Source of the DNA: Candidatus Poribacteria bacterium
GTDB taxonomy: Bacteria > Poribacteria > WGA-4E > GCA-2687025
Assembly (NCBI GenBank): GCA_963665845.2
Contig: OY762492.1
Location: 1,376,001 to 1,440,000, forward strand
Length of the DNA stretch: 64,000 nucleotides
Direction of reading: 5' to 3'
Part shown: piece after piece, positions 1 to 10,494 of the stretch
How the letters are laid out: every line of letters starts with the position of its first letter
How positions within the stretch are numbered: position 1 is the stretch's first letter
The notes under the pieces: generated by a model
Databases searched by the model: none
What the model saw: the letters and a program-made list of their open reading frames with translations, nothing else
Told to the model about the DNA's origin: nothing
Made by a program: the position numbers and the translations under genes

Positions 1-814
1 AGGAGGATGCGTCGGCGGACGCCACCAAAAAATTCGCATGCCGCTCCGATACCTGAACCCCTCCGACCGTCAAGCCTTTCAAGCCGCATTCGTCAATCAA
101 ACGGCCCGCGGAGGAGACGTCCGGATTGCGAAAGGCGCACCCGGCGCTCGGAAGCGACAGCGGCTGCGACGCGCGGCGCTCCGCATAATAACGCTTTCTC
201 AACGCCTCAACAGCTGTCGGATCGGCGCGCTCCAGCTCAAATCGGCAAAACAGGGCGCACATATAGTCGCCGATGCGGGAGCCGCGGTAACGGAAGCCCA
301 ACGCATCCCGCTCAACACGCTTAGTATGACCGCTCCAGTCCAATACGTCAACGCTTGCGACGATGTCGGACATCGATTGACCATGCGCCCCGGCGTTCAT
401 GCAGACGCCGCCGCCGACGCTGCCTGGTATGCCGAACATGAACTCGGCGCCGCTCAAACCTTCCACGGCGCACCGCTTGCTGAAAGCGCTCATAAGAGCC
501 GCGCAGCCGCTCAACGCCGCGTCTCCCTCAAACGAGATCTGTTCAAACGCTTTGCCAAGTTTCAGCGCGATGCCGCGAATGCCTCGATCCGATATGAGCA
601 GGTTGGAGCCTCTGCCGAGGATCATGATCGGCGTTTCATAGTCGCGCGCGATCTGGGCGACCCGCTCCAGCTGCCTGACCGTGTCCGCCTGCGCAAAAGC
701 GTCCGCAGGACCCCCAATTTTATAGGAGGTGTAGCGCGCCAGCGGCTCGTCCCAACGCAGACGCAGCCCCTCAACCTCCGCAAGCGCCGCCAGCGAATCG
801 CGCCATGAACCCAT
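1..814 (-). CDS. murB: UDP-N-acetylenolpyruvoylglucosamine reductase (runs off window edge)
   Basis: Manual translation of the minus strand from ATG 814: ...EPLARYTSYKIGGPAD...ILGRGSNLLISDRG...GIPGSVGGGVCMNAGAHG; directly after murC. Confidence 0.93.
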   Translation of the reverse strand, partial: MGSWRDSLAALAEVEGLRLRWDEPLARYTSYKIGGPADAFAQADTVRQLERVAQIARDYETPIMILGRGSNLLISDRGIRGIALKLGKAFEQISFEGDAALSGCAALMSAFSKRCAVEGLSGAEFMFGIPGSVGGGVCMNAGAHGQSMSDIVASVDVLDWSGHTKRVERDALGFRYRGSRIGDYMCALFCRFELERADPTAVEALRKRYYAERRASQPLSLPSAGCAFRNPDVSSAGRLIDECGLKGLTVGGVQVSERHANFLVASADASS

Positions 815-2200
815 CTAAACGCCCTCCGAACTGCGCAGCGAATCGAGAAAATCGACCGCGACGCTCCAGATGTCGCCCGCGCCGACCGTCAAGACGATGT
901 CGCCTGGACGCGCCAACCCGCGCAGCTCCGCAAGCAGATCGTCCCTGTTCGGCGTGTAGGCAACCTTCGGATGTCCGACGCGCCGTATTTTTTCAGCCAA
1001 ACCTTCGCCTGTAACGCCGTCAATGGGCGTTTCTCCCGCGCCGTAGATGTCGGTCACGAGCAGGACGTCGGTCTGTCCGAAGGAGCGGGAAAATTCTTTT
1101 TCTAAGGTTTGAACGCGATGGTACCGGTGCGGTTGAAAGACGGTCACCAATCGGCGTCCTGGGTATCCCGTCTTGACGCCTTGAAAGACCGCTTTCAGTT
1201 TGGCTGGGTTGTGCGCGTAATCGTCCACAATCAGGACGCCTTTTTCCTCGCCCAGCGCTTCAAACCGCCGGCGCACCCCTTTGAACTGGGACAGCGCCTC
1301 CGAGATGAGCGGAAACGGAATCTCCAGCTCCATCCCGACGCATACGGCGGCGAGCGCGTTGAGAACATTGTGCGCGCCTGGAAGGGGAAGGCGTACGGTT
1401 CCAAGCGCCTTGCCGTTGTGAAGCGCCTTGAATACGGCGGAGCCTTTGCAGTAAGCGGCGTCCACCGCGCGAATATCCGCGCCTTCCCAAAATCCATAGG
1501 TGGTCCGTCGGCTTTTTACTTTCGGCAGCAAACGGCGCGACACCTCCGAGTCGGCGCACCAGACCGACATGCCGTAAAACGGAACGCGGTTTGCAAAATC
1601 GACCAGCGTCTCCCCGATCTCCTCCACATCTTTATAGTAATCGAGATGGTCGGCGTCCACGGAGGTAACAACGGCGATGGTCGGATCAAAACGCTTGACG
1701 CTGCCGTAAGCCTCGTCCGCTTCCGCCACAAAGTATTCACTCTTGCCGATGCGCACTCCGCTGTCGAGATGGACGAATCTGCCGCCGTTCACGACCGTTG
1801 GATCCAGCCCTGCGCGCTCCAGCGTCCATCCGATCAGCCCTGTTGTGGTGGTCTTTCCGTGCGTTCCGCTGACGGCCACATTGTATTTGCCGCGCATCAG
1901 TTCAGCGAGCATTTCGGCGCGTTCGATGACCGGTATCCCGCGGGCGCGCGCCGACATGATTTCGGGATTTGTCGGCGGAATGATCGAGGAGACGACCGCG
2001 GCGTCCGCCTCGCCGAGGTTCTCCGCCGCATGGCCGATATGAACGCATGCGCCGAGACTGCGCAGCCTGTCGACCGCGCGGGAGGGGGAGATGTCGGAAC
2101 CTGTCACGCGCAAGCCGGCGGAAAGCAGTATCTCCGCGATGCCCGACATGCCCGATCCGCCGATGCCGATAAAATGAAGCCGCTTCGTTCTACCCAACAT
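815..2200 (-). CDS. murC: UDP-N-acetylmuramate--L-alanine ligase
   Basis: HFIGIGGSGMSG, GTHGKTTT P-loop, EADE, DDYAH, FQPHR motifs. Confidence 0.97.
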   Translation of the reverse strand: MLGRTKRLHFIGIGGSGMSGIAEILLSAGLRVTGSDISPSRAVDRLRSLGACVHIGHAAENLGEADAAVVSSIIPPTNPEIMSARARGIPVIERAEMLAELMRGKYNVAVSGTHGKTTTTGLIGWTLERAGLDPTVVNGGRFVHLDSGVRIGKSEYFVAEADEAYGSVKRFDPTIAVVTSVDADHLDYYKDVEEIGETLVDFANRVPFYGMSVWCADSEVSRRLLPKVKSRRTTYGFWEGADIRAVDAAYCKGSAVFKALHNGKALGTVRLPLPGAHNVLNALAAVCVGMELEIPFPLISEALSQFKGVRRRFEALGEEKGVLIVDDYAHNPAKLKAVFQGVKTGYPGRRLVTVFQPHRYHRVQTLEKEFSRSFGQTDVLLVTDIYGAGETPIDGVTGEGLAEKIRRVGHPKVAYTPNRDDLLAELRGLARPGDIVLTVGAGDIWSVAVDFLDSLRSSEGV

Positions 2201-2218
2201 TATGAATCCCCCTCGCCT

Positions 2219-3352
2219 CTATAAGTACTCGCAGATCGCCGCCGCGAGCCGCCGCGCCGCGTCAGGCATCCCGATGGACGCGCTCCGTTTGGACATTTCG
2301 AGTCGCCGCGCGGGATCCGCCAGCATCGTTTGCAGCCGCTCCAGAAACGCGTCGGCGTTCAATTCGGCGTCAGGCAGAATGAAGCCGGCCCCGGCGTTTT
2401 CTACCACGCGCGCATTGCGGTATTCGCCCGCCGTTTTGGCGATCGGAAGCGGAACCAGTATCGACGGGATGCCGCAAAGCGTCAGCTCCGAGACGGTCAA
2501 GGCGCCGGAGCGGCTCAATGCGGCGTCCGCCATGCGGTACGCGTCGCCCATGCGTTCGATGAACGGGACGACCGCGTGGCGATTGGCGCCCGCTTCGTAC
2601 AGATCGAAGACGGCGTTCTTCGTTTGTTGAAGATACCCCTCTTTGACCCGCTCAAAGTCGTCTCTCCCTGTTTGGTGAACGACCCTGCATCCCATTTTTT
2701 CGATGCCGGGCAGCGCCTCTAAGACGGCAGAATTGATCGACTGGGCGCCGAGGCTTCCGCCCAAGACCAGCAGCGTCGGCGGAGCGTCGCGCGGCGCGTC
2801 CAGAGCCGCGATTCGCTCCTTGCCCGCTTCAACGATTTCGGCGCGTATCGGATTGCCGGCGAGGCGCGTTTTTTTCGTTGGAAAATCGCCCATCGCCGCC
2901 TCAAAGCCGACATGCGCCTCCTTGACCATTTTGCCGAGCCAGCGGTTTGCCGTTCCCGCCGCGGCGTTCGATTCGTGAATGATTGTTGGTACGCCTGTCA
3001 TGGAGGCGGCCGCCATGATCGGTCCGCACACATAGCCGCCGGTTCCGAAGAGGGCGCGGGGGCGTTCTCGGCGGAGGATCCAGAACGCCTGCGCCATGCT
3101 TTTGGCGAGCGTCCAAAGCGCGGGGAACCAGCGCCATGTCAAGCCGCGGGGGAAACCGGCGCCTGAAATCGGTATAAATCGAAAGCCCGCCTTCGGCGCC
3201 AGCTCCGATTCCATCCGCCGCGCCGTTCCGACAAACGCGATCTCAACGTCGGGGCGCATTCGGCGCAGCTCCTGGGCGACCGCGATGGCGGGAAAGACAT
3301 GCCCGCCTGTTCCGCCCGCGGCAAAAAGCGTTTTGGAAACAGACCCCGCCAT
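2219..3352 (-). CDS. murG: Undecaprenyl-PP-MurNAc-pentapeptide GlcNAc transferase
   Basis: GGTGGHVFP, GGYV, HESN, GNPIR, GGSLGA motifs; start moved to ATG 3352, which overlaps the ftsW stop (TGATG). Confidence 0.96.
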   Translation of the reverse strand: MAGSVSKTLFAAGGTGGHVFPAIAVAQELRRMRPDVEIAFVGTARRMESELAPKAGFRFIPISGAGFPRGLTWRWFPALWTLAKSMAQAFWILRRERPRALFGTGGYVCGPIMAAASMTGVPTIIHESNAAAGTANRWLGKMVKEAHVGFEAAMGDFPTKKTRLAGNPIRAEIVEAGKERIAALDAPRDAPPTLLVLGGSLGAQSINSAVLEALPGIEKMGCRVVHQTGRDDFERVKEGYLQQTKNAVFDLYEAGANRHAVVPFIERMGDAYRMADAALSRSGALTVSELTLCGIPSILVPLPIAKTAGEYRNARVVENAGAGFILPDAELNADAFLERLQTMLADPARRLEMSKRSASIGMPDAARRLAAAICEYL

Positions 3353-4554
3353 CAGCGCGCTCGACTGCGCATGTAGCGCGATATGTTGAGAAGTATGCAA
3401 ATTTGGATGACGGTCACCATCAGCGACGATCCTCCATAACTCAATAACGGAAGCGTGAATCCCTTTGTGGGAAGGAGACCCAGCGTCATGGCGATGTTGA
3501 CGAACGCTTGCAGCCCTAGAGAAACCGTGATGCCGCACGCGAGCATCTTGCAAAATCGGTCGTCTATGCCCATGGCGATCTTGAAACCGCGCGCGACGAT
3601 CCAGAAGAAGAGTAAAATGATTCCCGCCGCGCCGATAAAGCCCAGCTCCTCGCCGATAATGGAAAAGATGAAATCGGTGTGCGTTTCCGGCAGATAATAC
3701 TGCTTGAGGCTGCTTCGCCCGACGCCGACGCCGATCAGCTCGCCGGATGTCAGGGCGTTGTAGGATTGGGAGATTTGGTAGCTGGCGTCTTCCGCTGTCT
3801 CTGAAGGTCCGCCGATCAACTCAAAAAAGGTCTTGACGCGCCGGATGCGGTAGGGGTCGGAGACGATCAGGATATAGGCGGGAAAAGCGGCTAACGATCC
3901 GAGCAGCGCCAGATGAATAATGCGCGCCCCGCCGATCAGAAGCATCACAAAAACGATCATGCAGAGCAGCGCGCCGGAGCCGAAGTCGGGCTGCAAGATC
4001 AGGAGAGCGACGAACAGAAGGGCGACCATCATGGTCGGCAGAATGCCGCGCGTCAATGAGCGAATACGGCGGTCGCCTCGACTCAGGAAGCGGGCGACAT
4101 AGAGGATGACCGCAAATTTTGCCAGTTCAATCGGCTGAAAAGTAAGCGGACCGAAGCCGATCCATCGTCGGAATCCGCCCGCGGGCTTGCTGATAAACGG
4201 GACATAGACGCAAAGCATGAGAATCAGGGAGGCGATCAAGATCTCGTTGGAGTACCGGGCGAGCCGTTTCGGCGGTATCTGCATCACAGCCCAGCCGCCG
4301 AGCAGCCCAAGGACCGCCGCCCAAAGCTGGCGGTACAAGAAATGGGCGCTATGCCCCGTAATGTCGTTCGACATGGCGGCGCTGGCGCTGTACACCATAA
4401 CAAGGCCGGCAAACAATAAGCCGACGAAGGCGACAAGGAGCGAGGCATCGATTCGGCGCAGGGAATGAGCCCGCGGCTCCGTCGTCGCTGCGTCCAGGTC
4501 GCGGGCGTTCGCCCGGCGATTAATCCAGGCGTTGTACCGCGCGTTTGAACGCAT
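3352..4554 (-). CDS. ftsW: Cell division SEDS-family peptidoglycan polymerase
   Basis: MVYSAS, RRWI, FQPIELAK, QPDFG, LPETHTDFIFSIIGEELG, SYGGSS; ATG 4554 preceded by AGGAG; start uncertain. Confidence 0.95.
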   Translation of the reverse strand: MRSNARYNAWINRRANARDLDAATTEPRAHSLRRIDASLLVAFVGLLFAGLVMVYSASAAMSNDITGHSAHFLYRQLWAAVLGLLGGWAVMQIPPKRLARYSNEILIASLILMLCVYVPFISKPAGGFRRWIGFGPLTFQPIELAKFAVILYVARFLSRGDRRIRSLTRGILPTMMVALLFVALLILQPDFGSGALLCMIVFVMLLIGGARIIHLALLGSLAAFPAYILIVSDPYRIRRVKTFFELIGGPSETAEDASYQISQSYNALTSGELIGVGVGRSSLKQYYLPETHTDFIFSIIGEELGFIGAAGIILLFFWIVARGFKIAMGIDDRFCKMLACGITVSLGLQAFVNIAMTLGLLPTKGFTLPLLSYGGSSLMVTVIQICILLNISRYMRSRAR

Positions 4555-5917
4555 TGCCGCGCTCCTTCCAGTCGGAATACATATCGAAACTTGCGTGTCC
4601 AGGCGAGAGCAAGACGATGTCCCCCGCCTCCGCCGCGGCGCCGGCTTGGGCGACCGCCTCCTCCATGGTAAAAGCTTGCGAAAGCGGGACAAGTCCAGCA
4701 TACGCCCCGCGCATTCGGTCCGTTTCGCGTCCAAGCAAGACGAGGCGGCGGACGCGGCGCCGCAGGGCGTCCGTTAGAAGCGCGTAATCGTTTCCCTTGT
4801 CAACGCCGCCCATGATCAAGCAGACGCGGGGGGCGTTGGACGGCTCCGCCTCTAAAGCCGCCAAGACGGACGCCATGTTGGTCGATTTTGAATCGTCGAT
4901 ATAACGGACTCCGTTCAGCGTCCGCGCATGTTCATAGGCATGGGCGAGACCTTGAAACGCGCTCAAGGCGGCGCGCATTTTTGAGGCGGGAACCTCTAAA
5001 TGACCAGCGGCGCAGACAGCCGCTAAACTATTCGATAACATATGTCGACCCGGTCCTGGCGCTTCTTCCACACTGCATATCGATTCCGTTCGACCGTTGA
5101 GCCGCAAACGCAGCTCCCCTTGTTGTATAAACGCGCCGGGGCATGTCAAAGGTTCCAATGAAAATCGCAAAATGCGGGACGGAGCGCCCTCCGCAAAGCG
5201 CAAAACAGTCGAATCGTCCGCATTCAAAACCAAAACATCGTCCGCGCCGTGGTTGCGGGCGATGCGCCGTTTCGCCTCGGCGTACGCTTTCATCGTCCCA
5301 TGCCTGTCCAGATGATCGCGGGAGATGTTCAAGACGACAGCGGGAGATGGGCGGAAATCTGCCGCGCGTTCCAGTTGAAAGCTGCTCGCCTCCACGACCG
5401 CCCAATCGTCGGCGGAATGCGAAAACGCCCCGCTTGAAAGCGGAACGCCGATATTGCCGCCGACATGGACGCGCCCAGGGGCGGCTCCGTCCAGCATGGC
5501 GCCGAGAAGCGTCGTGACGGTCGACTTGCCCTTCGTGCCGGTGACCGCGATGAAACGGGCTTGGCTCAACCTGTAAGCCAGCTCCAGTTCGCCGATGACC
5601 GGAACGCCGAGGCGGCGCGCTTCTTGAAGCATCGGAATCTCAAGCGGGACGCCAGGAGAGGCGACAAAAAACGAGACCCGCTTCGCCAGACCGACGGGAT
5701 GAGACGAGAAGACGGCCTCCTCAACCGCCGCGGCCGAATCGGCGCGCAGACTCTCGTGTAGACTCTTCATGACCGCCTGCATCGGCTCTGGATCGCGCGA
5801 GTCGTTCACGATGACGCGGCAACCCGCGCGGCTCAAGGCGCGAACTGCTGAAATTCCGCTGACGCCCATGCCGACGACTCCCGCCGTCTGACCATCCCAT
5901 GTGTATTTGCGCTTCAA
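4520..5917 (-). CDS. murD: UDP-MurNAc-L-Ala--D-glutamate ligase
   Basis: SPGVP, TGTKGKST, GGNIG, EASSFQLE, DHLDRH, DDSKSTN, LLSPGHASFD; TTG start. Confidence 0.96.
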   Translation of the reverse strand: MKRKYTWDGQTAGVVGMGVSGISAVRALSRAGCRVIVNDSRDPEPMQAVMKSLHESLRADSAAAVEEAVFSSHPVGLAKRVSFFVASPGVPLEIPMLQEARRLGVPVIGELELAYRLSQARFIAVTGTKGKSTVTTLLGAMLDGAAPGRVHVGGNIGVPLSSGAFSHSADDWAVVEASSFQLERAADFRPSPAVVLNISRDHLDRHGTMKAYAEAKRRIARNHGADDVLVLNADDSTVLRFAEGAPSRILRFSLEPLTCPGAFIQQGELRLRLNGRTESICSVEEAPGPGRHMLSNSLAAVCAAGHLEVPASKMRAALSAFQGLAHAYEHARTLNGVRYIDDSKSTNMASVLAALEAEPSNAPRVCLIMGGVDKGNDYALLTDALRRRVRRLVLLGRETDRMRGAYAGLVPLSQAFTMEEAVAQAGAAAEAGDIVLLSPGHASFDMYSDWKERGNAFKRAVQRLD

Positions 5918-6001
5918 TGGATTCCGCTCAATCGACGATGATTCCTATTCAAGACCCGCCCTCATGATAAACCGGATGCGCCGCGCGGTCAACCATATGA
6001 G

Positions 6002-6170
6002 CTGACCTTACGTCTTTAGTTGGGACATTCCGCCTGGCGAACGCGGACGGTTTCTGCCATGACTCTGGATTCCCGCTTGCGCGGGAATGCATGTCCTCGC
6101 GGAAGCGGGGGACGGTCTGGTTGGCAGCGCCTTTTCCATGAATAAAGGCTTTGGTCGTTTCAGAGGTCAG
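6002..6170. mobile_element. MITE-like composite repeat containing ATTCCC-N8-GGGAAT
   Basis: Starts CTGACCTTACGTCTTTAGTTGGGACA, contains the palindrome at 6069-6088, ends AGGTCAG; homologous to 23474-23661 and 54788-54955. Confidence 0.6.
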
Positions 6171-6235
6171 TCAAAGATTGACGTTTGACATTGCGCAGCG
6201 CGTACGGCATCATGAAAAGCGTTGTATTGAGGCGA

Positions 6236-6721
6236 ATGAACGGCAAGATGATACGGCTTAGCGCGTTTTATTTTTCATTCAGAGGGCGCATCGGCTGGAC
6301 GCAGTGGCTTCTAGGCTGCGTTTCGCTTTGCGCCGGCTACATAGCTCTTGGGTTCGTCTCGGCGTTAGCCGACGATTACCCATGGACAAAAGACCTGTGG
6401 GTCGCCGCCCTTATGGTCGGAGCGGTTCTCTGTCTCTGGTCGGCAACAGCCCTGACGCTGAAAGGGCTGCGCGGGCTATGGAACGGACGGCTCCTGCGCT
6501 TTTTCTTTTCGTTTGAAGGGCGCATCGGCTGGGGGAGTCTGCTCCTGGGCGGCGTTTCCATCGGCGCCTGTTACGCCGCTCTACTCAATATCCCCAGATG
6601 GGGGCGCAACATCTGGTGGATTCATACCCTCTGGATCATCATTTTAACGGGCGCGGGTCTGCTCGCTCTCTGGTCAGCCTCCGCCTTGACGGTCAAATTC
6701 CGGCGCGCGATGAAACGTTGA
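6236..6721 (+). CDS. Small membrane protein with internal duplication (DUF805-like)
   Basis: Two similar halves each starting F.FSF.GRIGW..LLG followed by TM segments; upstream TTGACA-17-CATCAT at 6185-6213; start uncertain. Confidence 0.6.
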   Translation: MNGKMIRLSAFYFSFRGRIGWTQWLLGCVSLCAGYIALGFVSALADDYPWTKDLWVAALMVGAVLCLWSATALTLKGLRGLWNGRLLRFFFSFEGRIGWGSLLLGGVSIGACYAALLNIPRWGRNIWWIHTLWIIILTGAGLLALWSASALTVKFRRAMKR

Positions 6722-6748
6722 CCTTAACCAGAACGGAAACCGAATCGT

Positions 6749-8992
6749 ATGTCTACAAAACGACCGCTCTTTTGGATCTGCTTCGCCGCTTGGGCGGCTC
6801 TTCTCGCCTTTGCGCTGCCGACCGCTCCCGCATTTGCCGACGCCCATGCCGAGAACGAAATGGACGCCCCCTGGCCGCACTGGCGCGGACATGCCCAGAA
6901 CGGCTCCTCAACCGAAACGGGACTCCCAGATTCTTGGGAGATGAACGGCAAGAACCATCTATGGACGGCAGACATCGTTCTCCGCTCGACGCCGGTCGTC
7001 ATGAACGGGCGCGTCTATGCGATCGGGCGAACAGGGAAGGACATCTCCGAGCAGGAGCGGGTCGCCTGCTTTGACGCAAAAACGGGCGAACTTGTCTGGG
7101 AGGATACGTTTAATATCTACCTGACGACGATACCTTTCACGCGCGGCGGATGGTCAAATCCCGCCGGCGACCCTGAAACGGGGAATCTCTATACGCACGG
7201 CGTCGGCGGCGTCTTCCGCGCATACGACAAGGACGGCAACATCCTCTGGTCAAAGTCGCTCACCGAAACCTACGGGCGCATCTCCGGCTACGGCGGACGC
7301 ACGAACACGCCCGTCATCGCCGACGACCTGGTCATCCTTAGTTATCTGAACTCCAGCTGGGGCGGACAGATTCCGCGGCATCGGTTCTGGGCGTTCGACA
7401 AAAAAACGGGAAGCCTTGCATGGATAACAACCCTGCCCAAACCCCCCTACGACACCACCTACAGCGTTCCCGTTGTTGCGGACATCAACGGGCAGCGGCT
7501 CATCGTTACAGGCGGCGCGGACGGCTCCATCTACGCGCTGCAGGCGTCCACCGGCAAGATCGTCTGGTCATTCGCGCTGAGCAAACGCGGCATCAACGCC
7601 TCCGTCGTCGTGGACGGCGACAAGGTGTACGCCGCGCACAGCGAAGAGAACATCGGCTCCAGCGAGATGGGCGCCGTCGTCTGCATTGACGGAACAGGGG
7701 AAGGCGACATCACCCAAACAGGCTCCGTCTGGAAGCGCAGCGGGCTGACGGTCGGCTACGCCAGCCTTGCGGTTCATAACGGCGTCGTCTATGCGGTTGA
7801 GAACTCGTCCAACCTGCTCGCGCTGAACGGCGAGACGGGCGACACGCTCTGGACGCACAGCCTTGGGACGGTCGGCAAAGGCTCGCCGGTCATCGCGGAC
7901 GGCAAAATCTACGCCCCCGATGTGAACGGGTTGATCCACATCCTGAAACTGACCGACAACGGCGTGGAAACGCTGGATGTGGACAGGCTCCTGCTGGACG
8001 ACCGACCCTCTGAAATTTACGGCTCGCCCGTTGTCGGTTATCGGCGCGTCTATATTCCGACCGAGACGGGGCTTTACTGCATTGGAACGGACGCGGACGC
8101 TTCCACGACGGTTTCGTCGCCGCCGATGCTCGGACCGCATCCAGAGGCGCCGGCGCCGGATGAGACGGTTGCGCATCTGCAGATTCGTCCGGCGGAGGTT
8201 CTGTTGAAGCCGGGCGAATCGGTTCAGTTCACGGCGTACGCCTTCGCGGCGAACGGGCGTCTCATCGGCGCCAAAGAGGCTGCATGGTCGGTCGCAGGCG
8301 CGCAGGGCGCCGTCGACAGCGCCGGCATGTTTCAGACGCACTCCGCGGCGGCGGCAAGCGCCGGCGTCGTCACCGCTCAACTGGGCGAAATGCAGGCGGT
8401 CGGGCGCGTCCGAATCTCGCCCAACCTGCCGTATTATGAGGATTTGACCGATGTTGCGGACGGACAGGCGCCGGGCTTCTGGATCGGCTCCGCCGGCAAA
8501 TTCAAAACGGTCGAGATGGACGGCGAACGGGTCTTGCATAAAGGGCGGGTCGCCCGCGGGCTTGACCGTTCCTACGTCTATATCGGCGCGCCGGACGGTT
8601 CCGGTTATACGGTTCAAGCCGACATGATGGGAACGCGCCCTCGTCGCAGCATGCCCGACATGGGGCTGATTGCCAACCGGTATGTGCTGACCCTGGAGGG
8701 GAACCATCAGGCGCTGCATATCTTCTCGTGGGCGTCCGATCTGCGCATGGCAAAGCAGATGCCGTTTCAATGGGAACCGGATGTCTGGTACCGCATGGAG
8801 ATGCGCGTCGACATAGAGAACGGGGAAGCGGTCGTTCGCGGCAAAGTCTGGAAGCGCGGCGAGCCGAAACCGGACGCCTGGACCATTGAAGCGGTTGACC
8901 CGTACCCGAACCTTGAAGGCAGCGCCGGCATCTACGGGTTCTCCTACGCCGACATTTACTACGACAACATCACCATTAGGAAAAGCGAATAA
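6749..8992 (+). CDS. Secreted PQQ-like/BamB-like beta-propeller protein with C-terminal Ig-like and concanavalin-like domains
   Basis: Signal peptide, WPHWRG, repeated 'D..TG..VW' propeller blades. Confidence 0.85.
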   Translation: MSTKRPLFWICFAAWAALLAFALPTAPAFADAHAENEMDAPWPHWRGHAQNGSSTETGLPDSWEMNGKNHLWTADIVLRSTPVVMNGRVYAIGRTGKDISEQERVACFDAKTGELVWEDTFNIYLTTIPFTRGGWSNPAGDPETGNLYTHGVGGVFRAYDKDGNILWSKSLTETYGRISGYGGRTNTPVIADDLVILSYLNSSWGGQIPRHRFWAFDKKTGSLAWITTLPKPPYDTTYSVPVVADINGQRLIVTGGADGSIYALQASTGKIVWSFALSKRGINASVVVDGDKVYAAHSEENIGSSEMGAVVCIDGTGEGDITQTGSVWKRSGLTVGYASLAVHNGVVYAVENSSNLLALNGETGDTLWTHSLGTVGKGSPVIADGKIYAPDVNGLIHILKLTDNGVETLDVDRLLLDDRPSEIYGSPVVGYRRVYIPTETGLYCIGTDADASTTVSSPPMLGPHPEAPAPDETVAHLQIRPAEVLLKPGESVQFTAYAFAANGRLIGAKEAAWSVAGAQGAVDSAGMFQTHSAAAASAGVVTAQLGEMQAVGRVRISPNLPYYEDLTDVADGQAPGFWIGSAGKFKTVEMDGERVLHKGRVARGLDRSYVYIGAPDGSGYTVQADMMGTRPRRSMPDMGLIANRYVLTLEGNHQALHIFSWASDLRMAKQMPFQWEPDVWYRMEMRVDIENGEAVVRGKVWKRGEPKPDAWTIEAVDPYPNLEGSAGIYGFSYADIYYDNITIRKSE

Positions 8993-10494
8993 TGCGAACA
9001 GCGCGTGTTTCAACCGCCCTTCTTTTCATCATGGCAGGCGTTTCGGCGCATGCCTCCTCTCATCTGCCCAGCGAGCAGGGCGTCTCGATGTGGGGGTTCA
9101 CTCCCGGACGTAACATGGTCTCGCACGAAACGAACCTACCCGCCGAATGGGACCCCGCGACAGGCATGAACATCAAATGGACGGCGGAACTTGGCTCTCA
9201 AAGTTACGCCGGGCCGGTTCTGCATGGAGGAAAAGTGTTTGTCGGCACCAACAATGAATCGTTCAAACAGCCCCAGCTGACCGGCGACCGCGGCAACATC
9301 ATGGCGTTTAAGGAAGAGACCGGCGAGTTTCTCTGGCAGACGACGCACACCAAACTGACAGCGGGGCGCGTCAACGACTGGCCCTACCAGGGCGTCTGCT
9401 CCGCGCCGTATATTGAAGGCGACAGGGTTTATTACGTCTCGAACCGCTGCACCGTCGTCTGCGTCGATACCGAGGGCTTTTACGACAGCGAAAACGACGG
9501 ACCCTACATTGACGAAACGAACGTCACGATGCAGCATGGCGACATCGTCTGGGAATACGATATGATTGAGCAGCTGGATGTGTTCCCGCACAACCTCGCT
9601 GTCTGCAGCCCGATTGCGGTCGGCGATCTGCTGTTTATCGTCACAGGCAACGGCGTTGACGAGGGGCATATCAACATTCCGTCCCCCTTTGCGCCCAGTT
9701 TCATCGCGCTCAACAAGAAGACAGGCGCGCTTGTCTGGGAAGACGCTTCGCCCGGTCTGGAGATCCTCCACGGGCAATGGTCAAACCCGGCATACGGCGA
9801 AGCGGGCGGACGCGGGCAGGTCGTCTTCCCCGGCGGCGACGGATGGATCTACTCCTTAGCGCCGGAAACGGGCGAACTGATCTGGAAATTCGACTGCAAC
9901 CCGAAAGACTCGGTCTGGGATCTGGGCGGCGCAGGAACGCGCAACAACATCGTCTCAACGCCCGTTTTCCATGACGGCGTCGTCTATATCGGCGTCGGTC
10001 AAGACCCTGAACACGGCGAGGGCGAAGGGCATCTCTACGCCATTGACGCGGCAAAAACGGGCGACATCACCGAAACGGGCGCCATATGGCATGTGTTCGG
10101 CGACGACGAAGAAGCGACGGCGGCAAGCGGCAACCCGTTTATCAAGAAAAAGAAATTCTACCGCACCATCTCCACCGTCTCCGTTCATAATGGGTTGGTC
10201 TACGCCGCCGATCTGAACGGGTATGTGTACTGCTTCGATGCGAAGACGGGCGAGAAAAAATGGAAGCATGATATGGAAGCCGCCGTATGGGGTTCCACGC
10301 TTGTGGCGGACGGAAAGGTGTATATCGGCGACGAGGACGGCGATATGGTCATCCTGAAAGAGGGGCCGGAGCTGGAGGTTCTGTTTGAGGTGAACATGGG
10401 CAGCGCCATGTACACGACGCCTGTGCCGAAGGACGGGACGCTTTATCTTGTCAGCCGAAATCGGCTCTTTGCGGTGGAAGCGGCCGCCGAATGA
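8992..10494 (+). CDS. Secreted PQQ-like/BamB-like beta-propeller protein
   Basis: Signal peptide, NIKWTAELGSQSY, TG...W blades; overlaps the upstream stop (TAATG). Confidence 0.85.
   Translation: MRTARVSTALLFIMAGVSAHASSHLPSEQGVSMWGFTPGRNMVSHETNLPAEWDPATGMNIKWTAELGSQSYAGPVLHGGKVFVGTNNESFKQPQLTGDRGNIMAFKEETGEFLWQTTHTKLTAGRVNDWPYQGVCSAPYIEGDRVYYVSNRCTVVCVDTEGFYDSENDGPYIDETNVTMQHGDIVWEYDMIEQLDVFPHNLAVCSPIAVGDLLFIVTGNGVDEGHINIPSPFAPSFIALNKKTGALVWEDASPGLEILHGQWSNPAYGEAGGRGQVVFPGGDGWIYSLAPETGELIWKFDCNPKDSVWDLGGAGTRNNIVSTPVFHDGVVYIGVGQDPEHGEGEGHLYAIDAAKTGDITETGAIWHVFGDDEEATAASGNPFIKKKKFYRTISTVSVHNGLVYAADLNGYVYCFDAKTGEKKWKHDMEAAVWGSTLVADGKVYIGDEDGDMVILKEGPELEVLFEVNMGSAMYTTPVPKDGTLYLVSRNRLFAVEAAAE

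Noticed and set aside
38-808. 256-aa plus-strand ORF and other long antisense ORFs (e.g. 1109-2224, 7568-9013, 31500-32615)
   Set aside because: Shadow ORFs of high-GC genes with clear motifs on the opposite strand
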